A DNA stretch of 64,000 nt from Antedon mediterranea (taxonomy: Eukaryota; Animalia; Echinodermata). The translations under genes and the position numbers were made by a program. Below the pieces are notes generated by a model, which saw only the letters and a program-made list of their open reading frames with translations, did no database searches and was not told the DNA's origin. The DNA lies in NCBI RefSeq assembly GCF_964355755.1, contig NC_092672.1:16554001-16618000 (forward strand), written 5' to 3'. How positions within the stretch are numbered: the stretch's first letter is position 1; every line of letters starts with the position of its first letter. This document shows positions 49,201-63,200 of this stretch, piece by piece.

Positions 49201-52168
49201 GAGAGAGAGAGATAGATCAGCGAGAGAGAGAGAGATAGATCAGCGAGAGAGAGAGAGATAGATCAGCGAGAGAGAGATAAATAGATCAGTGAGAGAGAGA
49301 GAGAGAAATAGATCAGCGAGAGAGAGATAGATAGATCAGCGAGAGAGAGATAGATAGATCAGCGAGAGAGAGAGATAGATCAACCAGAGAGAGATAGAAA
49401 GATCAGCGAGAGAGAGAGAGAGAGAGAAGGATAGATCAGCCAGAGAGAGATAGATAGATCAGCGAGAGAGAGAGAGAGAGATAGATCAGCCAGAGAGAGA
49501 TAGATAGATCAGCGAGAGAGAGATAGATAGATCAGCGAGAGAGAGAGAGAGAGATAGATCAGCAAGAGAGAGATAGATCAGCGAGAGAAATATAGATCAG
49601 CGTGAGAGAGAGATATATCAGCGAGAGAGATAGATCAGCGAGAGAGAGATAGATCAGCGAGAGAAATATAGATCAGCGAGAGAGAGATAGATCAGCGAGA
49701 GAGAGATAGATCAGCGAGAGAGAGATAAATCAGTTAGAGAGAGATAGATCAGCGAGAGAGAGATAGATCAGCGAGAGAGAGATAGATCTGCGAGAGAGAG
49801 AGATAGATCAGCGAGATAGATAGATCAGCGAGAGAGAGATAGATCAGCGTGAGAGAGATAGATCAGCGTGAGAGAGAGAGATAGATCAGCGAGAAAGAGA
49901 GATTGATAAGCGAGAGAGAGATATATCAGCGAGAGAGAGATAGATCAGCGAGAGAGAGAGATAGATCAGCGAGATAGAGATAGATCAGCGAGAGGAGAGA
50001 TAGATCAGCAAGAGAGAGATAGATCAGCGAGAGAGATAGAGATAGATAGATAAGCGACAGAGAGATAGATAGATCAGCGACAGAGAGATAGATAGATCAG
50101 CGAGAGAGAGATAGATAGATCAGCGAAAGAGAGATAGATAGATCAGCGAGAGAGATAGATAGATCAGCGAGAGAGAGAGATAGATAGATCAGCGAGAGAG
50201 AGATAGATAGATCAGTGAGAGAGAGAGATAGATAGATCAGCGAGAGAGAGATAGATAGATCAGAGAGAGAGAGATAGATAGATCAGCGAGAGAGAGATAG
50301 ATAGATCAGCGAGAGAGAGATAGATAGATCAGCGAGAAGGAGAGAGATAGATCAGCGAGAGAGAGAGAGATAGATCAGCGAGAGAGAGATAGATAGATCA
50401 GCGAGAAAGAGATAGATCAGCGATAGAGAGATAGATCAGCGAGAGAGAGATAGATCACCGAGAGAGAGATAGATCAACGAGAGAGAGATAGATCAGCGAG
50501 AGAGAGATATATCAGCGAGAGAGAGATAGATCAGCAAGAGAGATAGATAGATTAGCAAGAGAGAGATAGATCAGCGAGAGAGAGATAGATCAGCGTGAGA
50601 GAGATAGATCAGCGACAGAGAGATAGAACAGCGAGAGAGAGATAGATCAGTGACAGAGAGATAGATCAGCGAAAGAGAGATAGATCAGCGAGTGAGAGAT
50701 AGATAAGCGAGAGCGAGAGAGAGATCAACGAGAGAAAGATAGATCAGCGAGAGAGAGATAGATCAGGGAGAGAGAGATAGATCAGCGAGAGAGAGAGATA
50801 GATCAGCGAGAGAAAGAGAGATAGATCCGCGAGAGAGAGATATATCAGCGAGAGAGAGAGATAGATCAGGGAGAGAGAGATAGATCAGCGAGAGAGAGAT
50901 AAATAAGCGAGAGATAGATCAGCGAGAGAGATATAGATCAGCGAGAGAGAGAGATAGATCAGCGAGAGAGAGATAGATCAGCGAGAGAGAGAGAGATAGA
51001 TCAGCGAGAGAGAGAGATAGATCAGCGAGAGAGATAGATCAGCGAGAGAGAGATAGATCAGCGAGAGAGAGATAGATAGATCAGCGAGAAGGAGATAGAT
51101 AGATCAGCGAGAGAGAGAGAGAGATAGATAGATCAGCGAGAGAGAGATAGATCAGCGTGAGAGAGATAGATCAGCGACAGAGAGATAGATCAGCGAGAGA
51201 GAGATAGATCAGCGAGAGAGAGATAGATCAGCGAGAGAGAGATAGATCAGTGAGAGAGAGATAGATCAGCGAGAGAGAGATAGATCAGCGAGAGAGAGAT
51301 AGATCAGCGAGAGAGAGATAGATCAGCGAGAGAGAGAGATAGATCCGCGAGAGAGAGATAGATCCGCGAGAGAGAGATATATCAGCGAGAGAGAGATATA
51401 TCAGCGTGAGAGAGAGTTAGATCAGCGAGAGAGATATAGATCAGCGAGAGAGATAGATCAGCGAGAGAAATATAGATCAGCGAGAGAGAGATAGATAGAT
51501 CAGCGAGAGAGATAGATCAGCGAGAGAGAGATAGATAGATCAGCGAGATAGAGATAGATCAGCGAGAGAGAGAGAGATAGATCAGCGATAGAGAGATAGA
51601 TCAGCGAGAGAGAGATAGATCAGCGAGAGAGCGATAGATCAGCGAGAGAGAGATAGATCAGCGAGAGAGAGATAGATCAGCGAGAGATAGATAGATCAGC
51701 GAGAGAGAGATAGATCAGCGAGAGAGAGATAGATCAGCGAGAAAGAGATAGATCGGCGAGAGAGAGATAGATCAGCGAGAGAGAGATAGATCAGCCAGAG
51801 AGAGATAGATAGATCAGCGAGAGAGAGAGAGAGATAGATCAGCGAGAGAGAGAGAGATCAGCGAGAGAGAGAGATATATCAGCGTGAGAGAGAGATAGAT
51901 CAGAGAGAGATAGATAGATCAGAGAAAGAGAGACAGATCCGCGAGAGAGAGAGAGATAGATCAGCGAGAGAGAGAGAGATCAGCAAGAGAGAGATAGATC
52001 AGCGAGAGAGATAGATCAGCGAGAGAGAGATAGATCAGCGAGAGAGATAGATCAGTGAGAGAGAGATAGATAGATCAGCGAGAGAGAGATAGATAGATCA
52101 GCGAGAAGGAGAGAGATAGATCAGCGAGAGAGAGAGAGATAGATCAGCGAGAGAGAGATAGATAGATC

Positions 52169-52199
<31 letters not shown>

Positions 52200-55100
52200 T
52201 AGATCAGCCAGAGAGAGATATAGATAGATCAGCGAGAGAGAGAGAGAGATAGATCAGCGAGAGAGAGATAGATAGATAGATCAGCGAGAGAGAGATAGGT
52301 AGATCAGCGAGAGAGAGAGAGATAGATAGATCAGCGAGAGAGAGAGAGATAGATCAGCGAGAGAGAGATAGATCAGCGAGAGAGATAGATCAGCGAGAGA
52401 GATAGATCAGCGAGAGAGAGATAGATCAGCGAGTGAGAGATAGATCAGCGAGAGAGAGAGATAGATCAGCAAGAGAGATAGATAGATTAGCAAGAGAGAG
52501 ATAGATCAGCGAGAGAGAGATAGATCAGCGTGAGAGAGATAGATCAGCGACAGAGAGATAGATCAGCGAGAGAGAGATAGATCAGTGACAGAGAGATAGA
52601 TCAGCGAAAGAGAGATAGATCAGCGAGTGAGAGATAGATAAGCGAGAGCGAGAGAGAGATCAACGAGAGAAAGATAGATCAGCGAGAGAGAGATAGATCA
52701 GGGAGAGAGAGATAGATCAGCGAGAGAGAGATAGATCAGCGAGAGAAAGAGAGATAGATCCGCGAGAGAGAGATATATCAGCGAGAGAGAGAGATAGATC
52801 AGGGAGAGAGAGATAGATCAGCGAGAGAGAAATAAATCAGCGAGAGAGATAGATCAGCGAGAGAGAGAAAGATCAGCGAGAGAGAGAGATAGATCAGCGA
52901 GAGAGAGATAGATCAGCGAGAGAGAGAGATAGATCAGCGAGAGAGAGAGAGATAGATCAGCGAGAGAGATAGATCAGCGAGAGAGAGATAGATCAGCGAG
53001 AGAGAGATAGATAGATCAGCGAGAAGGAGATAGATAGATCAGCGAGAGAGAGAGAGAGATAGATAGATCAGCGATAGAGAGATAGATCAGCGTGAGAGAG
53101 ATAGATCAGCGACAGAGAGATAGATCAGCGAGAAAGAGATAGATCAGCGAGAGAGAGATAGATCAGCGATAGAGAGATAGATCAGCGAGAGAGAGATAGA
53201 TCAGCGAGAGAGAGAAAGATCAGCGAGAGAGAAATAGATCAGCGAGAGAGAGAGATAGATCCGCGAGAGAGAGATAGATCCGCGAGAGAGAGATATATCA
53301 GCGAGAGAGAGATATATCAGCGTGAGAGAGAGTTAGATCAGCGAGAGAGATATAGATCAGCGAGAGAGATAGATCAGCGAGAGAAATATAGATCAGCGAG
53401 AGAGAGATAGATAGATCAGCGAGAGAGATAGATCAGCGAGAGAGAGATAGATAGATCAGCGAGATAGAGATAGATCAGCGAGAGAGAGAGAGATAGATCA
53501 GCGATAGAGAGATAGATCAGCGAGAGAGAGATAGATCAGCGAGAGAGCGATAGATCAGCGAGAGAGAGATAGATCAGCGAGAGAGAGATAGATCAGCGAG
53601 AGAGAGATAGATCAGCGAGAGAGAGATAGATCAGCGAGAGAGAGATAGATCAGCGAGAAAGAGATAGATCGGCGAGAGAGAGATAGATCAGCGAGAGAGA
53701 GATAGATCAGCCAGAGAGAGATAGATAGATCAGCGAGAGAGAGAGAGAGATAGATCAGCGAGAGAGAGAGAGATCAGCGAGAGAGAGAGATATATCAGCG
53801 TGAGAGAGAGATAGATCAGAGAGAGATAGATAGATCAGAGAAAGAGAGACAGATCCGCGAGAGAGAGAGAGATAGATCAGCGAGAGAGAGAGAGAGATCA
53901 GCAAGAGAGAGATAGATCAGCGAGAGAGATAGATCAGCGAGAGAGAGATAGATCAGTGAGAGAGATAGATCAGTGAGAAAGAGATAGATCAGCGAGAGAG
54001 AGATAGATCAGCGAGAGAGATAGATCAGCGGGAGAAAGATAGATCAGCTAGAGAGAGATAGATCAGCGAGAGAGAGATAGATCCGCGAGAGAGAGATAGA
54101 TCAGCGAGAGAGAGATATATCAGCGAGAGAGAGATAGATCAGCGAGAGAGAGATAGATCAGCGAGAGAGATAGATCAGCGAGAGAGAGATAGATCAGCGA
54201 GAGAGATAGATAGATCAGCGAGAGAGATAGATAGATCAGCGAGAGAGAGAGAGAGATAGATCAGCGAGAGAGAGATAGATCAGCGAAAGAGAGACAGATC
54301 CACGAGAAAGAGAGAGATAGATCAGCGAGAGAGAGAGAGATCAGCAAGAGAGAGATAGATCAGCGAGAGAGATAGATCAGCGAGAGAGAGATAGATCAGC
54401 GAGAGAGAGATAGATCAGTGAGAGAGAGATAGATCAGCGAGAGAGAGAAAGATCAGCGAGAGAGAGATAGATCAGCGTGAGAGAGATAGATCAGCGACAG
54501 AGAGATAGATCAGCGAGAAAGAGATAGATCAGCGAGAGAGAGATAGATCAGCGATAGAGAGATAGATCAGTGAGAGAGAGATAGATCAGCGAGAGAGAGA
54601 TAGATCAGCGAGAGAGAGATAGATCAGCGAGAGAGAAATAGATCAGCGAGAGAGAGAGATAGATCCGCGAGAGAGAGATAGATCCGCGAGAGAGAGAGAT
54701 ATATCAGCGAGAGAGAGATATATCAGCGTGAGAGAGAGTTAGATCAGCGAGAGAGATATAGATCAGCGAGAGAGATAGATCAGCGAGAGAAATATAGATC
54801 AGCGAGAGAGAGATAGATAGATCAGCGAGAGAGATAGATCAGCGAGAGAGAGATAGATAGATCAGCGAGATAGAGATAGATCAGCGAGAGAGAGAGAGAT
54901 AGATCAGCGATAGAGAGATAGATCAGCGAGAGAGATATAGATCAGCTAGAGAGCGATAGATCAGCGAGAGAGAGATAGATCAGCGAGAGAGAGATAGATC
55001 AGCGAGAGAGAGATAGATCAGCGAGAGAGAGATAGATCAGCGAGAGAGAGATAGATCAGCGAGAAAGAGATAGATCGGCGAGAGAGAGATAGATCAGCGA

Positions 55101-57299
55101 GAGAGAGATAGATCAGCCAGAGAGAGATAGATAGATCAGCGAGAGAGAGAGAGAGATAGATCAGCGAGAGAGAGAGAGATCAGCGAGAGAGAGAGAGATA
55201 TATCAGCGTGAGAGAGAGATAGATCAGAGAGAGATAGATAGATCAGAGAAAGAGAGACAGATCCGCGAGAGAGAGAGAGATAGATCAGCGAGAGAGAGAG
55301 AGAGATCAGCAAGAGAGAGATAGATCAGCGAGAGAGATAGATCAGCGAGAGAGAGATAGATCAGTGAGAGAGATAGATCAGTGAGAGAGAGATAGATCAG
55401 CGAGAGAGAGATAGATCAGCGAGAGAGATAGATCAGCGGGAGAAAGATAGATCAGCTAGAGAGAGATAGATCAGCGAGAGAGAGATAGATCCGCGAGAGA
55501 GAGATAGATCAGCGAGAGAGATAGATCAGCGGGAGAAAGATAGATCAGCTAGAGAGAGATAGATCAGCGAGAGAGAGATAGATCCGCGAGAGAGATAGAT
55601 AGATCAGCGAGAGAGATAGATAGATCAGCGAGAGAGAGAGAGAGATAGATCAGCGAGAGAGAGATAGATCAGCGAAAGAGAGACAGATCCACGAGAAAGA
55701 GAGAGATAGATCAGCGAGAGAGAGATAGATCAGTGAGAGAGATAGATCAGTGAGAGAGAGATAGATCAGCGAGAGAGAGATAGATCAGCGAGAGAGATAG
55801 ATCAGCGGGAGAAAGATAGATCAGCTAGAGAGAGATAGATCAGCGAGAGAGAGATAGATCCGCGAGAGAGATAGATAGATCAGCGAGAGAGATAGATAGA
55901 TCAGCGAGAGAGAGAGAGAGATAGATCAGCGAGAGAGAGATAGATCAGCGAAAGAGAGACAGATCCACGAGAAAGAGAGAGATAGATCAGCGAGAGAGAG
56001 AGAGATCAGCAAGAGAGAGATAGATCAGCGAGAGAGATAGATCAGCGAGAGAGAGATAGATCAGCGAGAGAGAGATAGATCAGTGAGAGAGAGATAGATC
56101 AGCGAGAGAGAGAAAGATCAGCGAGAGAGAGATAGATCAGCGTGAGAGAGATAGATCAGCGACAGAGAGATAGATCAGCGAGAAAGAGATAGATCAGCGA
56201 GAGAGAGATAGATCAGCGATAGAGAGATAGATCAGTGAGAGAGAGATAGATCAGCGAGAGAGAGATAGATCAGCGAGAGAGAGATAGATCAGCGAGAGAG
56301 AAATAGATCAGCGAGAGAGAGAGATAGATCCGCGAGAGAGAGATAGATCCGCGAGAGAGAGATATATCAGCGAGAGAGAGATATATCAGCGTGAGAGAGA
56401 GTTAGATCAGCGAGAGAGATATAGATCAGCGAGAGAGATAGATCAGCGAGAGAAATATAGATCAGCGAGAGAGAGATAGATAGATCAGCGAGAGAGATAG
56501 ATCAGCGAGAGAGAGATAGATAGATCAGCGAGATAGAGATAGATCAGCGAGAGAGAGAGAGATAGATCAGCGATAGAGAGATAGATCAGCGAGAGAGATA
56601 TAGATCAGCGAGAGAGCGATAGATCAGCGAGAGAGAGATAGATCAGCGAGAGAGAGATAGATCAGCGAGAGAGAGATAGATCAGCGAGAGAGAGATAGAT
56701 CAGCGAGAGAGAGATAGATCAGCGAGAAAGAGATAGATCGGCGAGAGAGAGATAGATCAGCGAGAGAGAGATAGATCAGCCAGAGAGAGATAGATAGATC
56801 AGCGAGAGAGAGAGAGAGATAGATCAGCGAGAGAGAGAGAGATCAGCGAGAGAGAGAGAGATATATCAGCGTGAGAGAGAGATAGATCAGAGAGAGATAG
56901 ATAGATCAGAGAAAGAGAGACAGATCCGCGAGAGAGAGAGAGATAGATCAGCGAGAGAGAGAGAGAGATCAGCAAGAGAGAGATAGATCAGCGAGAGAGA
57001 TAGATCAGCGAGAGAGAGATAGATCAGTGAGAGAGATAGATCAGTGAGAGAGAGATAGATCAGCGAGAGAGAGATAGATCAGCGAGAGAGATAGATCAGC
57101 GGGAGAAAGATAGATCAGCTAGAGAGAGATAGATCAGCGAGAGAGAGATAGATCCGCGAGAGAGAGATAGATCAGCGAGAGAGAGATATATCAGCGAGAG
57201 AGAGATAGATCAGCGAGAGAGAGATAGATCAGCGAGAGAGATAGATCAGCGAGAGAGAGATAGATCAGCGAGAGAGAGAGATAGATCAGCGAGAGAGAT

Positions 57300-60200
57300 A
57301 GATAGATCAGCGAGAGAGAGAGAGAGATAGATCAGCGAGAGAGAGATAGATCAGCGAAAGAGAGACAGATCCACGAGAAAGAGAGAGATAGATCAGCGAG
57401 AGAGAGAGAGATCAGCAAGAGAGAGATAGATCAGCGAGAGAGATAGATCAGCGAGAGAGAGATAGATCAGCGAGAGAGAGATAGATCAGTGAGAGAGAGA
57501 TAGATCAGCGAGAGAGAGAAAGATCAGCGAGAGAGAGATAGATCAGCGAGAGAGAGATAGATCAGCGAGAGAGAGAGATAGATCCGCGAGAGAGAGATAG
57601 ATCCGCGAGAGAGAGATATATCAGCGAGAGAGAGATATATCAGCGTGAGAGAGAGTTAGATCAGCGAGAGAGATATAGATCAGCGAGAGAGATAGATCAG
57701 CGAGAGAAATATAGATCAGCGAGAGAGAGATAGATAGATCAGCGAGAGAGATAGATCAGCGAGAGAGAGATAGATAGATCAGCGAGATAGAGATAGGTCA
57801 GCGAGAGAGACAGAGATAGATCAGCGATAGAGAGATAGATCAGCGAGAGAGAGATAGATCAGCGAGAGAGAAATAGATCAGCGAGAGAGAGATAGATCAG
57901 CGAGAGAGAGATAGATCAGCGAGAGAGAGAGATAGATCCGCGAGAGAGAGATAGATCCGCGAGAGAGAGATAAATCAGCGAGAGAGAGATATATCAGCGT
58001 GAGAGAGAGTTAGATCAGCGAGAGAGATATAGATCAGAGAGAGAGATAGATCAGCGAGAGAAATATAGATCAGCGAGAGAGAGATAGATAGATCAGCGAG
58101 AGAGTTAGATCTGCGAGAGAGAGATAGATAGATAAGCGAGATAGAGATAGATCAGCGAGAGAGAGAGATAGATCAGCGATAGAGAGATAGATCAGCGAGA
58201 GAGAGATAGATCAGCGAGAGAGAGATAGATCAGCGAGAGAGAGATAGATCAGCGAGAGAGAGATAGATCAGCGAGAAAGAGATAGATCGGCGAGAGAGAG
58301 ATAGATCAGCGAGAGAGAGATAGATCAGCCAGAAAGAGATAGATTGATCAGCGAGAGAGAGAGAGAGAGATAGATCAGCGAGAGAGAGAGAGAGATCAGC
58401 GAGAGAGAGATATATCAGCGTGAGAGAGAGATAGATCAGCGAGAGAGAGATAGATCAGCGAAAGAGAGACAGATCCGCGAGAGAGAGAGAGAGAGAGATA
58501 GATCAGCGAGAGAGAGAGAGAGAGAGAGATCAGCAAGAGAGAGATAGATCAGCGAGAGAGATAGATCAGCGAGAGAGAGATAGATCAGCGAGAGAGATAG
58601 ATCAGTGAGAGAGAGAGATAGATCAGCGAGAGAGAGATAGATCAGCGAGAGAGAGATAGATCAGCGTGAGAAAGATAGATCAGCTAGAGAGAGATAGATC
58701 TGCGAGAGAGAGATAGATCCGCGAGAGAGAGATAGATCAGCGAGAGAGATATATATCAGCGAGAGAGAGATAGATCAGCGTGAGAGAGAGATAGATCAGC
58801 GAGAGAAAGATAGATCAGCGAGAGAGATAGATCAGCGAGAGAAATATAGATCAGCGAGAAAGAGATAGATAGATCAGCGAGAGAGATAGATCAGCGAGAG
58901 AGAGATAGATAGATCAGCGAGAGAGAGATAGATCAGCGAGAGAGAGAGATAGATCAGCGAGAGAGAGAGAGAGATAGATCAGCGAGAGAGAGATAGATCA
59001 GCGAGAGAGAGATATATCAGTGAGAGAGAGATAGATCAGTGTGAGAGAGAGATAGATCAGCGAGAGAGAGATAGATCAGCGAGAGAGATAGATCAGCGAG
59101 AGAAATATAGATCAGCGAGAGAGAGATAGATAGATCAGCGAGAGAGATAGATCAGCGAGAGAGAGATAGATAGATCAGAGAGAGAGAGATAGATCAGCGA
59201 GAGAGAGAGAGAGAGAGATAGATCAGCGAGAGAGAGATAGATCAGCGAGAGAGAGATAGATCAGCGAGAGAGATATATATCAGTGAGAGAGAGATAGATC
59301 AGCGAGAGAGAGATAGATCAGCGAGAGAGATAGATCAGCGACAAAGAGATAAATCAGCGAGAGAGAGATATATCAGCGAGAGAGAGATAGATCAGCGAGA
59401 GAGATAGATCAGCGAGAGAGATAGATCAGCGAGAGAAAGAGATAGATCAGCCAGAGAAAGATAGATAGATCAGCGAGAGAGAGAGAGAGAGATAGATCGG
59501 CGAGAGAGAGATAGATCAGCGAGACAGAGATAGATCAGCGAGAGAGAGATAGATCAGCGAGAGAGAGATAGATCAGCGAGAGAGAGAGATAGATCAGCGA
59601 GAGAGATAGATAGATCAGCGAGAGAGAGAGAGAGATAGATCAGCGAGAGAGAGATAGATCAGCGAAAGAGAGACAGATCCACGAGAAAGAGAGAGATAGA
59701 TCAGCGAGAGAGAGAGAGATCAGCAAGAGAGAGATAGATCAGCGAGAGAGATAGATCAGCGAGAGAGAGATAGATCAGCGAGAGAGAGATAGATCAGTGA
59801 GAGAGAGATAGATCAGCGAGAGAGAGAAAGATCAGCGAGAGAGAGATAGATCAGCGAGAGAGAGATAGATCAGCGAGAGAGAGAGATAGATCCGCGAGAG
59901 AGAGATAGATCCGCGAGAGAGAGATATATCAGCGAGAGAGAGATATATCAGCGTGAGAGAGAGTTAGATCAGCGAGAGAGATATAGATCAGCGAGAGAGA
60001 TAGATCAGCGAGAGAAATATAGATCAGCGAGAGAGAGATAGATAGATCAGCGAGAGAGATAGATCAGCGAGAGAGAGATAGATAGATCAGCGAGATAGAG
60101 ATAGGTCAGCGAGAGAGACAGAGATAGATCAGCGATAGAGAGATAGATCAGCGAGAGAGAGATAGATCAGCGAGAGAGAAATAGATCAGCGAGAGAGAGA

Positions 60201-63200
60201 TAGATCAGCGAGAGAGAGATAGATCAGCGAGAGAGAGAGATAGATCCGCGAGAGAGAGATAGATCCGCGAGAGAGAGATAAATCAGCGAGAGAGAGATAT
60301 ATCAGCGTGAGAGAGAGTTAGATCAGCGAGAGAGATATAGATCAGAGAGAGAGATAGATCAGCGAGAGAAATATAGATCAGCGAGAGAGAGATAGATAGA
60401 TCAGCGAGAGAGTTAGATCTGCGAGAGAGAGATAGATAGATAAGCGAGATAGAGATAGATCAGCGAGAGAGAGAGATAGATCAGCGATAGAGAGATAGAT
60501 CAGCGAGAGAGAGATAGATCAGCGAGAGAGAGATAGATCAGCGAGAGAGAGATAGATCAGCGAGAGAGAGATAGATCAGCGAGAAAGAGATAGATCGGCG
60601 AGAGAGAGATAGATCAGCGAGAGAGAGATAGATCAGCCAGAAAGAGATAGATTGATCAGCGAGAGAGAGAGAGAGATAGATCAGCGAGAGAGAGAGAGAG
60701 ATCAGCGAGAGAGAGATATATCAGCGTGAGAGAGAGATAGATCAGCGAGAGAGAGATAGATCAGCGAAAGAGAGACAGATCCGCGAGAGAGAGAGAGAGA
60801 GAGATAGATCAGCGAGAGAGAGAGAGAGAGAGAGATCAGCAAGAGAGAGATAGATCAGCGAGAGAGATAGATCAGCGAGAGAGAGATAGATCAGCGAGAG
60901 AGATAGATCAGTGAGAGAGAGAGATAGATCAGCGAGAGAGAGATAGATCAGCGAGAGAGAGATAGATCAGCGTGAGAAAGATAGATCAGCTAGAGAGAGA
61001 TAGATCTGCGAGAGAGAGATAGATCCGCGAGAGAGAGATAGATCAGCGAGAGAGATATATATCAGCGAGAGAGAGATAGATCAGCGTGAGAGAGAGATAG
61101 ATCAGCGAGAGAAAGATAGATCAGCGAGAGAGATAGATCAGCGAGAGAAATATAGATCAGCGAGAAAGAGATAGATAGATCAGCGAGAGAGATAGATCAG
61201 CGAGAGAGAGATAGATAGATCAGCGAGAGAGAGATAGATCAGCGAGAGAGAGAGATAGATCAGCGAGAGAGAGAGAGAGATAGATCAGCGAGAGAGAGAT
61301 AGATCAGCGAGAGAGAGATATATCAGTGAGAGAGAGATAGATCAGTGTGAGAGAGAGATAGATCAGCGAGAGAGAGATAGATCAGCGAGAGAGATAGATC
61401 AGCGAGAGAAATATAGATCAGCGAGAGAGAGATAGATAGATCAGCGAGAGAGATAGATCAGCGAGAGAGAGATAGATAGATCAGAGAGAGAGAGATAGAT
61501 CAGCGAGAGAGAGAGAGAGAGAGATAGATCAGCGAGAGAGAGATAGATCAGCGAGAGAGAGATAGATCAGCGAGAGAGATATATATCAGTGAGAGAGAGA
61601 TAGATCAGCGAGAGAGAGATAGATCAGCGAGAGAGATAGATCAGCGACAAAGAGATAAATCAGCGAGAGAGAGATATATCAGCGAGAGAGAGATAGATCA
61701 GCGAGAGAGATAGATCAGCGAGAGAGATAGATCAGCGAGAGAAAGAGATAGATCAGCCAGAGAAAGATAGATAGATCAGCGAGAGAGAGAGAGAGAGATA
61801 GATCGGCGAGAGAGAGATAGATCAGCGAGACAGAGATAGATCAGCGAGAGAGAGATAGATCAGCGAGAGAGAGAGAGATAGATCAGCGAGAGAGAGAGAT
61901 AGATCAGCGAGAGAGAGATAGATCAGTGACAGAGAGATAGATCAGCGAAAGAGAGATAGATCAGCGAGAGAGATAGATCAGCGGGAGAGAGAGATAGATC
62001 AACGAGAGAGAGATAGATCAGCGAGAGAGAGAGAGATAGATCAGGGAGAGAGAGATAGATCAGCGAGAGAGAGATAGATCAGCGAGAGATTGAGAGAGAT
62101 AGATCAACGAGAGAGATAGATCAGCGAGAGAGAGAGATAGATCAGGGAGAGAGAGATAGATCAGCGAGAAAGAGATAGATCAGCGAGAGAGAGATAGATC
62201 AGCGAGAGAGAGATAGATCAGCGAGAGAGATAGATCAGCGAGAGAGAGATATATCAGCGAGAGAGAGATAGATCAGTGAGAGAGAGAGAGATCAGCAAGA
62301 GAGATATAGATCAGCGAGAGAGATAGATGAGCGAGAGAGAGATAGATCAGCGAGAGAGAGATAGATCAGTGAGAGAGAGATAGATCAGCGAGAGAGAGAC
62401 AGATCCACGAGAAAGAGAGAGATAGATCAGCGAGAGAGAGAGATCAGCAAGAGAGAGATAGATCAGCGAGAGAGATAGATCAGCGAGAGAGAGATAGATC
62501 AGCGAGAGAGAGATAGATCAGTAAGAGAGAGATAGATCAGCGAGAGAGAGAAAGATCAGCGAGAGAGAGATAGATCAGCGAGAGAGAGATAGATCAGCGA
62601 GAGAGAGAGATAGATCCGCGAGAGAGAGATAGATCCGCGAGAGAGAGATATATCAGCGAGAGAGAGATATATCAGCGTGAGAGAGAGTTAGATCAGCGAG
62701 AGAGATATAGATCAGCGAGAGAGATAGATCAGCGAGAGAAATATAGATCAGCGAGAGAGAGATAGATAGATCAGCGAGAGAGATAGATCAGCGAGAGAGA
62801 GATAGATAGATCAGCGAGATAGAGATAGGTCAGCGAGAAAGACAGAGATAGATCAGCGATAGAGAGATAGATCAGCGAGAGAGAGATAAATCAGCGAGAG
62901 AGAAATAGATCAGCGAGAGAGAGATAGATCAGCGAGAGAGAGATAGATCAGCGAGAGAGAGAGATAGATCCGCGAGAGAGAGATAGATCCGCGAGAGAGA
63001 GATAAATCAGCGAGAGAGAGATATATCAGCGTGAGAGAGAGTTAGATCAGCGAGAGAGATATAGATCAGAGAGAGAGATAGATCAGCGAGAGAAATATAG
63101 ATCAGCGAGAGAGAGATAGATAGATCAGCGAGAGAGTTAGATCTGCGAGAGAGAGATAGATAGATAAGCGAGATAGAGATAGATCAGCGAGAGAGAGAGA